DNA of 64,000 bases from Mayamaea pseudoterrestris. Lineage: Eukaryota. The translations under genes and the position numbers were made by a program. Shown one piece after another: positions 12,801-22,100 of the stretch. A model generated the notes under the pieces. The model had not been told where the DNA came from and did no database searches. It saw nothing but the letters and a program-made list of their open reading frames with translations. Positions within the stretch are counted from its first letter, which is position 1; the number at the start of each line of letters is the position of its first letter. The stretch is taken from NCBI GenBank assembly GCA_027923505.1, contig BROI01000030.1, forward strand, positions 1 through 64,000, written 5' to 3'.

Positions 12801-14218
12801 GCGCGTAGTCCACCTTCCCAATGGTCCAGGGAGCGTTGCATGTCGGATGCTACCAAAGCGTAATCTGTCAGATGTGAGCCGCAAATACCAAGATCAGTAT
12901 CATCGACAAAGGAATAGCCAACAAAGGAGACGGTGGAGCCAGACAAAGTGCAGCGATACGACATGCCGAGCCCTTCAGCACGAAGCATGTTTAACAAGGG
13001 CGTGGAGACAAGTGCCCAAATCTGTGGCGCCGCCCCGTTGCCTTGCCCAATAGTTGAAACCGGCACAGCAAACAGTTCCAAGCTTTCAATGCCTCCGAAG
13101 TATGTAGTCGAGTCGCCGAAAACGGTGCGAATATAGTGCTCCAGCTTCTGGATTGTGGAGAAGATACATACAACAGCCGGTTTGGACACTCCCACCCGCT
13201 GCAGGTAGAGCGACGCCACAGAGTGGACAATGCGATCATAGCAAGCACGTGCATCATTGGAGCAGAGGGCCATGACCCGGCGTAGCTGGCGCGAGATGTC
13301 AAATGACAATTGTTTCTCCAGCCCCAAATAGTTGGCCCGATGACCCTTGCGAGAACCCCCTTGCTCTTTGGCCAAGAGGCCATGTGCTTCGGCTTCTGAC
13401 ATCATACATTTTCCAAGGTTCTTAAAGCTATGATTTGCAATGCAATCAAACAGGCAGATGGCGCGCAGTTTGTCCACCTGGAAGTTTCCCGCCTTTTTCT
13501 CAATCAAAACATCAATTGCTTTGTGCCAAGAGCTCGGAGGGCATCCTGTGAGCATTGGGATGTACTCCAGTTGCCGATGCATCTCCGCAAGTGCTGGATC
13601 CTGCATGCTCGCCATCATATGGCCAAAATGGCGTCCAGGGAAAGCAGCAGTACGCTCGGATTGTCGCCGCCATCGGTACTGAAAGGTGGGCAAGTCTGGA
13701 ATGTGATCGACGTAGGAGTGGCGAAGGGACTCCGCGCGTGGCAGCTGACGAAGGAGTTTGACAGCATATTCGGAAACTCCAGACAGGTCTTCCTCTGTGA
13801 CCGAGCCATCCAGTATGCGGTCACAGAAGGGAGTGACGCCAAGAGTGCCGACGCGCTCAAATAATGGAGGATGAGAGGAGGATGAGATGCGGCAGGCTTC
13901 GAACCAGCCCTTCGTTCTTGCATCCAGACAATGATGGCTAGAGACATGTCGCCAGTTCACATTCACTTCAGACAAACCAATGACATCTATACGATTTTTA
14001 TTAACTATACTGCGGACCAGACAGTCTTTGCACGAGCCGCATGCTCTGACTCCGGAGCAAACAGGTACCACCTGTAGACCACCAATATTAACAAACAACA
14101 ACCGAACATGATCGCCTACTGGTTCAAGCAGCTCATGTCCGTGAAGACCTTTACTCTCCGCGCGAGAAAAGGCCGGACTGGAAAAGGCATTTTGGGAAGA
14201 TCGTCCACCGCTTCCCAT
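9825..14218 (-). pseudogene. LINE ORF2 polyprotein: truncated APE endonuclease, reverse transcriptase, RNase H, C-terminal CCHC finger; 1-bp frameshift near 10188
   Basis: APE N-terminus: RLLFVNIGGL and IDVIGLSEVNVNW. RT: KLRAICLFD, EQGGSRKGH, SNDARACYDRIVH, GQGNGAAP, SFVDD (12899-12910), GGAIAPEKT. RNase H: AVSDGSF (~11350), SAYRSELVGL, IACDGLSAL, HVLGHQ, LNDEMDAAAK. Zinc finger: CPTC-x14-H-x3-C (~10495-10564). The conserved KLFDISWDLWEHRNDALH motif lies in the frame of the 9825..10115 ORF. Start is uncertain: the frame is open to 14326, and the ATG at 14218 follows the ORF1 stop. Confidence 0.9.
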
Positions 14219-14229
14219 GCCTTGTCGAC

Positions 14230-14922
14230 TCACAGGTCTGGGCCACCCCTCGTGCTTTGAGAGGCAGCCATTGACGCTGATGTAGGTTGTTGTTGGGAGG
14301 AGCTCGATCGGAGTCGTGATCCCCATCCTCCTGGTGGTGGCATTGGTGGGTATGGAGCTGGAGGTCCCACAATGCGCACAGTAGTAGTAGTCGTTGTTGT
14401 TGTTGGCTCGGGTGAAGACGGGTTGCCGTGCCCGTCTGTAGGCATGTCGTCAATCGCCATCATTTCTGAAGGCTCGCTTGCTGCCATTTCATCCTCGAAA
14501 GCGCGCTGCTCGCGCATGGTTTGATGCATCCGTTCCACAGGATCCTCAAACAAATCCACGTCCTCGTCGTATCCGTCCAGTAGTGGTAGATCGGCAGGAT
14601 AATCATCTTCCATCAGAGTTGGAGACTCCGAGTCGTCGCTCATCTCGTCGTCATCCGGCGGACGCTTCAGTAGTTGTACCTTAGACTGCTGAAGGGGTTT
14701 TGGTGAACGAGGACGGCGCGTAGAGTCGTCCATTGCTGGAGGCGCCGGTTCATCATCGGCTCCAAAAAGGCGGCGGCGCCCATCAGTGTCTGACGTAGGT
14801 GGTGCTTCATCCACTGACTGTTCAGTTGCAGGCGTGCCGCCTTCCAGAGAGGCAAACTTTGCGACTAAAGTTGCCAGCGTCGCCTGAGTCTCCATCAATT
14901 GAAGTTGAAGCCCATCTACCAA
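14230..14922 (-). CDS. LINE ORF1, C-terminal part (predicted coiled coil, then acidic and Pro/Thr-rich low-complexity region)
   Basis: 230-aa ORF directly upstream of ORF2. The frame stays open upstream (LRLAAAEKKAALVDGLQLQLMETQATLATL) into the satellite-like mosaic at ~14966. Confidence 0.65.
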   Translation of the reverse strand: MVDGLQLQLMETQATLATLVAKFASLEGGTPATEQSVDEAPPTSDTDGRRRLFGADDEPAPPAMDDSTRRPRSPKPLQQSKVQLLKRPPDDDEMSDDSESPTLMEDDYPADLPLLDGYDEDVDLFEDPVERMHQTMREQRAFEDEMAASEPSEMMAIDDMPTDGHGNPSSPEPTTTTTTTTVRIVGPPAPYPPMPPPGGWGSRLRSSSSQQQPTSASMAASQSTRGGPDL

Positions 14923-15193
14923 AGCAGCCTTCTTTTCAGCCGCCGCGAGACGAAGCTTTGTTGCGACTAGCCAGGCATTCCACCTGACGTGTGTGCGCGA
15001 CCTGAAGAGATGTTGCGCACGATGCTGCGTGTGATTGCGGGCACCTACGGGCCTGCTGCCCAGCGGGACAAGTCATGGCCTGACGCATGCTGCAGAGACC
15101 TGGCGCCAAGTTGGCTCAGCCCGAATATCAATCGCCGTCCCCTGAGACACTCGCCAGGCGGATACCACTGTAGGGCAGTGTCTTAAATAATGA

Positions 15194-16399
15194 TCATAGT
15201 GGCAATCGTGTCTGGTCGACATTTGGGAAAGCTGGCGCAATGAGGCGGGGCGCAAAATGTTTGATGAGCGCATATAGATGCGGAATGACAGTGCGAACCC
15301 GCGACTGGTTGCTACTATGGTAGACACAGCGGACTCGTCCCAATGCCGTGACATTTACTTGTTCAAACAAGTAGAGAAGGCCCGTGTGGACCGGATCGTG
15401 CGCCGTAATGTCCATCATGATGCTACGGATATTGAACATGGTAAAGCCTGGAATAAGTGGACCGTCCAGATCCTCGAAAAAGCTGAGAATGTCGGTGCGC
15501 TGGTGGCGGTCAACTGTTGCCTTGTGCCATTTGAGGAGCGCGAGGCGCGTCTCTTGGGAGTCTTCCTCCGCTGTAAGTGTAGGAGCAAACGTTGCGCGAA
15601 TGCCGGCCGGGTATCGGCGGCCTGGAATGACTCCTGCAGGGAACATAGCAGTCAGTCGGTCGCTGGCCGTCCGAGCATCCTTTTCGTTCACCTCGAGGTG
15701 CCATGCTCGAATGGGATCGTATGTAACTTTCTCAAGTTTGTCTGCAGCATCCAACACAAGCGCACCATCCGTTTTGGACATATAGCCCAGATTCGCTGGA
15801 AAGACACTGCAAGGGAGTCCAATACAGGCCTCGATTTCTCGCCGGTAGCGATCGTTGTCGACATCAGAGTCGAAGGGATGATTCTGAAAGTAGCCAAGCT
15901 TGATCTTTGACTCCGACTGAAGGCAACTCGCGCTAATCTTGTAGTCCGTGTTCCGCTTGTCAAAGAAGTACTTGTGAAGCATTGTAGCGGCTGTCTTTGG
16001 GTCGCGAAACGGCTCGCTTTCGCTGCAGTCATATCCGACGTAAATCCTCGCCCAAATCCAAACCGCATACTTCGGGTTGCTCGGCTCGTAGAGATACGTC
16101 GTATGGAGAAGCGGCCAGTCGGCAAACTTGAACGAGTGGAGGTCCATGGCTTTAATGTGTTCCTGGTCGCGTGTTTCACATGAATGCCATGGATAAATGA
16201 GGAGGTCTCGTCCTTGGGGATATGTTTTTAGACACCAGTCGTCGAGCTTGGAAAAGATGGCATGGATATTCTTGCGCGCCATCGCTGCACTTGTATCGTA
16301 GTCACCATCAAAGAGCCCTTTGGTCCCGATAAGGAAGCGATGTTGTACATGGCGCGGCTTCTGTTCAGCTTCTGAAAGTCTTTCCCCTGTCATTGGCAT
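15194..16399 (-). CDS. LINE ORF1, N-terminal/central part; no recognisable domain
   Basis: 401-aa ORF with protein-like composition inside the element, same strand as ORF2. Both ends fall in satellite-like mosaic segments, so the true start and the join to 14922 are uncertain. Confidence 0.7.
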   Translation of the reverse strand: MPMTGERLSEAEQKPRHVQHRFLIGTKGLFDGDYDTSAAMARKNIHAIFSKLDDWCLKTYPQGRDLLIYPWHSCETRDQEHIKAMDLHSFKFADWPLLHTTYLYEPSNPKYAVWIWARIYVGYDCSESEPFRDPKTAATMLHKYFFDKRNTDYKISASCLQSESKIKLGYFQNHPFDSDVDNDRYRREIEACIGLPCSVFPANLGYMSKTDGALVLDAADKLEKVTYDPIRAWHLEVNEKDARTASDRLTAMFPAGVIPGRRYPAGIRATFAPTLTAEEDSQETRLALLKWHKATVDRHQRTDILSFFEDLDGPLIPGFTMFNIRSIMMDITAHDPVHTGLLYLFEQVNVTALGRVRCVYHSSNQSRVRTVIPHLYALIKHFAPRLIAPAFPNVDQTRLPL

Positions 16400-16848
16400 C
16401 CCCTGGACACTTCATTTCGGCGGCGGCAATTGTGGTGTTGATTCCATTTGGGGTCGTTCCCCTTCTGCTCCTCCGGGAGTCGTTTGAATGTTACCATCTG
16501 CAGCCCATCCTCGGCGACAATGGCACACCCTGGACATGTTTTGCCTGACTCAATGGGTTGTTGGGTGGCCATGGGCATGAAAAGTTGATTGTAGTGCTTG
16601 AAATTGTGGGTTGGAACCCATCTATGGGGCATGTGCCTACAGGGCGTCTGGCTGTCTGTCGTCGCAAAATCGTCGCGAGTCGTTCTCTGCGGGAACTGTT
16701 TCAATTGAAAAATTTCTTCAATATAATGATCTTTCAAGGTATAAGCTGACTTGTTTGGTGCATTAGAATATTGGTTGTTGATGTTAGAGAGGGATTACTA
16801 TGGGGAAATATGGTGACGCATCAACGGCACTCCGTGTCGCAGAATTAT

Positions 16849-16864
16849 GCATGTCAATGGCACA
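16849..16864 (+). repeat. Right target-site duplication (gcatgtcaatggcaca)
   Basis: Identical to 9494-9509. Followed by ccctggacatgttttgcctgac, which resumes the interrupted A1 monomer in phase. Confidence 0.9.
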
Positions 16865-19196
16865 CCCTGGACATGTTTTGCCTGACTCATTGGGTTGTTG
16901 GGTGGCCAGGGCATGGGGCATTGTAGTGGTATGATTCCATAATTTGGGGTGTTGGCCACACCCATCTTGTAGACCATTCCATGCTGTAGGCCTCCAGGCA
17001 GTCCGTTTTGTACCATGTCAGACCATCCTCATGTCAATGGCACACCCTGGACATGTTTTGCATGACTCATTGGGTTGTTGGGTGATCAGGGGACGGCATT
17101 AGGTATGATTCCATAATTTGGGGTGTTGGCCACACCCATTTTGCAGATGGTGTAGGCCTCCAGGCAGTCCGTTTTGCACCATTTCAGCCCATCCTCATGT
17201 CAATGGCACACCCTGGACATGTTTTGCCTGACTCAATGGGTTGTTGGGTGGCCAGGGCATGGGGCATTGTAGTGGTATGATTCCATAATTTGGGGTGTTG
17301 GCCACACCCATCTTGTAGACCATTCCATGCTGTAGGCCTCCAGGCAGTCCGTTTTGTACCATGTCAGACCATCCTCATGTCAATGGCACACCCTGGACAT
17401 GTTTCGCATGACTCATTGGGTTGTTGGGTGATCAGGGGACGGGGCATTGTAGTGGTATGATTCCATAATTTGGGGTGTTGGCCACACCCATTTTGCAGAT
17501 GGTGTAGGCCTCCAGGCAGTCCGTTTTGCACCATTTCAGCCCATCCTCATGTCAATGGCACACCCTGGACATGTTTTGCCTGACTCATTGGGTTGTTGGG
17601 TGGCCAGGGCATGGGGCATTGTAGTGGTATGATTCCATAATTTGGGGTGTTGGCCACACCCATCTTGTAGACCATTCCATGCTGTAGGCCTCCAGGCAGT
17701 CCGTTTTGTACCATGTCAGACCATCCTCATGTCAATGGCACACCCTGGACATGTTTTGCATGACTCATTGGGTTGTTGGGTGATCAGGGGACGGGGCATT
17801 GTAGTGGTATGATTCCATAATTTGGGGTGTTGGCCACACCCATTTTGCAGATGGTGTAGGCCTCCAGGCAGTCCGTTTTGCACCATTTCAGCCCATCCTC
17901 ATGTCAATGGCACACCCTGGACATGTTTTGCCTGACTCATTGGGTTGTTGGGTGGCCAGGGCATGGGGCATTGTAGTGGTATGATTCCATAATTTGGGGT
18001 GTTGGCCACACCCATCTTGTAGACCATTCCATGCTGTAGGCCACAAGGCAGTCCGTTTTGTACCATGTCAGCCCATCCTCATGTCAATGGCACACCCTGG
18101 ACATGTTTTGCATGACTCATTGGGTTGTTGGGTGATCAGGGGACGGGGCATTGTAGTGGTATGATTCCATAATTTGGGGTGTTGGCCACACCCATTTTGC
18201 AGATGGTGTAGGCCTCCAGGCAGTCCGTTTTGCACCATTTCAGCCCATCCTCATGTCAATGGCACACCCTGGACATGTTTTGCCTGACTCATTGGGTTGT
18301 TGGGTGGCCAGGGCTTGGGGCATTGTAGTGGTATGATTCCATAATTTGGGGTGTTGGCCACAATCATCTTTTTGACCATTCCATGCTGTAGGCCTCCAGG
18401 CAGTCCGTTTTGCACCATGTCAGACCATCCTTATGTCAATGGCACACCCTGGACATGTTTTGCATGACTCATTGGGTTGTTGGGAGATCAGGGGACGGGG
18501 CATTGTAGTGGTATGATTCCATAATTTGGGGTGTTGGCCACACCCATTTTGCAGATGGTGTAGGCCTCCAGGCAGTCCGTTTTGCACCATTTCAGCCCAT
18601 CCTCATGTCAATGGCACACCCTGGACATGTTTTGCCTGACTCATTGGGTTGTTGGGTGGCCAGGGCATGGGGCATTGTAGTGGTATGATTCCATAATTTG
18701 GGGTGTTGGCCACACCCATCTTGTAGACCATTCCATGCTGTAGGCCTCCAGGCAGTCCGTTTTGTACCATTTCAGCCCATCCTCATGTCAATGGCACACC
18801 CTGGACATGTTTTGCATGACTCATTGGGTTGTTGGGTGATCAGGGGATGGGGCATTGTAGTGGTATGATTCCATAATTTGGGGTGTTGGCCACACCCATC
18901 TTGTAGACCATTCCATGCTGTAGGCCTCCAGGCAGTCCGTTTTGTACCATGTCCGACCATCCTCATGTCAATGGCACACCCTGGACATGTTTTGCATGAC
19001 TCATTGGGTTGTTGGGTGATCAGGGGACGGGACATTGTAGTGGTATGATTCCATAATTTGGGGTGTTGGCCACACCCATTTTGCAGATGGCGTAGGCCTC
19101 CAGTCCGTTTTGCACCATGTCAGCCCATCCTCATGTCAATGGCACACCCTGGACATGTTTTGCCTGACTCATTGGGTTGTTGGGTGGCCAGGGCAT
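16849..19196. repeat. Satellite A array 1, continued after the insertion (~6.5 dimers)
   Basis: Same 172/180 dimer and orientation; ends at ...ggtggccagggcat. Confidence 0.98.
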
Positions 19197-22100
19197 CACC
19201 AATATCATTGCCGTCCCCTGAGACACTAGCCAGGCATACCATCTTGTTGCGCAGCCTGAATAATGATGTTGGCACCATTCTGGTGTCATTTGGGTGTATA
19301 CATGGCCTGCTGTAGGGGCATTTGAATGTCATGGCATCTGCAGGCTGAGACTGGTGACAAGTCGTCACCAATATCATTGCCATCCCCTGAGACACTAGCC
19401 AGGCATACCATCTTGTAGCGCAGCCTGAATAATGATGTTGGCACCATTCTGGTGTCATTTGGGTGTATACATGGCCTGCTGTAGGGGCATTTGAATGTCA
19501 CGGCATCTGCGGGCTGAGACTGGTGACAAGTTGTCACCAATATCATTGCCGTCCCCTGAGACACTAGCCAGGCATACCATCTTGTAGCGCAGCCTGAATA
19601 ATGATGTTGGCACCATTCTGGTGTCATTTGGGTATACTCATGGCCTGCTGTAGGGGCGTTTGAATGTCACGGCATCTGCAGGCTGAGACTGGTGACAAGT
19701 TGTCACCAATATCATTGCCGTCCCCTGAGACACTAGCCAGGCATACCATCTTGTAGCGCAGCCTGAATAATGATGTTGGCACCATTCTGGTGTCATTTGG
19801 GTGTATACATGGCCTGCTGTAGGGGCGTTTGAATGTCACGGCATCTGCAGGCTGAGACTGGTGACAAGTTGTCACCAATATCATTGCCGTCCCCTGAGAC
19901 ACTAGCCAGGCATACCATCTTGTAGCGCAGCCTGAATAATGATGTTGGCACCATTCTGGTGTCATTTGGGTGTATACATGGCCTGCTGTAGGGGCGTTTG
20001 AATGTCACGGCATCTGCGGGCTGAGACTGGTGACAAGTTGTCACCAATATCATTACCGTCCCCTGAGACACTAGCCAGGCATACCATCTTGTAGCGCAGC
20101 CTGAATAATGATGTTGGCACCATTCTGGTGTTATTTGGGTACATACAGGGCCTGCTGTAGGGGCGTTTGAATGTCACGGCATCTGCAGGCTGAGACTGGT
20201 GACAAGTTGTCACCAATATCATTGCCATCCCCTGAGACACTAGCCAGGCATACCATCTTGTAGCGCAGCCTGAATAATGATGTTGGCACCATTCTGGTGT
20301 CATTTGGGTGTATACATGGCCTGCTGTAGGGGCGTTTGAATGTCACGGCATCCGCGGGCTGAGACTGGTGACAAGTTGTTACCAATATCATTGCTGTCCC
20401 CTGAGACAATAGCTAGGCATACCATCTTGTTGCGCAGTTTGTATAATGATGTTGGCACCATTCTGGTGTCATTTGGGTGTATACATGGCCTGCTGTACGG
20501 TAGGGGCGTTTGAATGTCACGGCATCTGCGGGCTGAGACTGGTGACAAGTTGTCACCAATATCATTGCCATCCCCTGAGACACTAGCCAGGCATACCATC
20601 TTGTAGCGCAGCCTGAATAATGATGTTGGCACCATTCTGGTGTCTTTTGGGCACCTACAGGGCCTGCTGTAGGGGCGTTTGAATGTCACGGCATCTGCAG
20701 GCTGAGACTGGTGACAAGTTGTCACCAATATCATTGCCGTCCCCTGAGACACTAGCCAGGCATACCATCTTGTAGCGCAGCCTGAATAATGATGTTGGCA
20801 CCATTCTGGTGTCATTTGGGTGTATACATGGCCTGCTGTAGGGGCGTTTGAATGTCACGGCATCTGCAGGCTGAGACTGGTGACAAGTTGTCACCAATAT
20901 CATTGCCGTCCCCTGAGACACTAGCCAGGTATACCATCTTGTAGCGCAGCCTGAATAATGATGTTGGCACCATTCTGGTGTCATTTGGGTGTATACATGG
21001 CCTGCTGTAGGGGCGTTTGAATGTCACGGCATCTGCAGGCTGAGACTGGTGACAAGTTGTCACCAATATCATTGCCGTCCCCTGAGACACTAGCCAGGCA
21101 TACCATCTTGTAGCGCAGCCTGAATAATGATGTTGGCACCATTCTGGTGTCATTTGGGTGTATACATGGCCTGCTGTAGGAGCATTTGAATGTCACGGCA
21201 TCTGCAGGCTGAGACTGGTGACAAGTTGTCACCAATATCATTGCCGTCCCCTGAGACACTAGCCAGGCATACCATCTTGTAGCGCAGCCTGAATAATGAT
21301 GTTGGCACCATTCTGGTGTCATTTGGGTGTATACATGGCCTGCTGTAGGGGCGTTTGAATGTCACGGCATCTGCAGGCTGAGACTGGTGACAAGTTGTCA
21401 CCAATATCATTGCCATCCCCTGAGACACTAGCCAGGCATACCATCTTGTTGCGCAGCCTGTATAATTATTTTGGCACCATTCTTGTGTCATTTGGGTGTA
21501 CCATGGCCTGCTGTAGGGGCGTTTGAATGTCACGGCATCTGCGGGCTGAGACTGGTGACAAGTTGTCACCAATATCATTGCCGTCCCCTGAGACACTAGC
21601 CAGGCATACCATCTTGTAGCGCAGCCTGAATAATGATGTTGGCACCATTCTGGTGTCATTTGGGTGTATACATGGCCTGCTGTAGGGGCATTTGAATGTC
21701 ACGGCATCTGCGGGCTGAGACTGGTGACAAGTTGTCACCAATATCATTGCCGTCCCCTGAGACACTAGCCAGGCATACCATCTTGTAGCGCAGCCTGAAT
21801 AATGATGTTGGCACCATTCTGGTGTCATTTGGGTGTATACATGGCCTGCTGTAGGGGCGTTTGAATGTCACGGCATCTGCAGGCTGAGACTGGTGACAAG
21901 TTGTCACCAATATCATTGCCGTCCCCTGAGACACTAGCCAGGCATACCATCTTGTAGCGCAGCCTGAATAATGATGTTGGCACCATTCTGGTGTATTTTG
22001 GGCACCTACATGGCCTGCTGTAGGGGCATTTGAATGTCACGGCATCTGCGGGCTGAGACTGGTGACAAGTTGTCACCAATATCATTGCCGTCCCCTGAGA

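Larger units (their letters stand above)
9510..16848 (-). mobile_element. Non-LTR retrotransposon (LINE), two ORFs, APE-RT-RNase H type, Ambal-like; probably defective
   Basis: Non-satellite 7.3-kb block bounded by a 16-bp TSD, with a (TTA)n tail at its minus-strand 3' end. It has an ORF1-like region and an ORF2 with RT, RNase H and CCHC motifs, and no LTRs or TIRs. The clade call rests on domain order and motif style, not on a database search. Confidence 0.93.

Noticed and set aside
10043..16183. Plus-strand and alternative-frame ORFs overlapping the LINE (e.g. 15278-15910, 11395-12183)
   Set aside because: Shadow ORFs of ORF1/ORF2 with no recognisable motifs.
9510..16848. LTR retrotransposon or group II intron interpretation
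   Set aside because: No LTRs, integrase or protease. The APE remnant, repeat tail and 16-bp TSD indicate a non-LTR element.
16625..16848. Self-cleaving ribozyme (HDV or hammerhead) in the LINE 5' UTR
   Set aside because: No conserved core motifs found by eye; the region looks like an ordinary AT-rich 5' UTR.
19197..19365. Satellite B or A as a tandem 5S rRNA, tRNA or snRNA gene array
   Set aside because: No recognisable 5S, tRNA or snRNA sequence or Pol III terminator seen by eye; an Rfam scan would be needed to exclude this formally.
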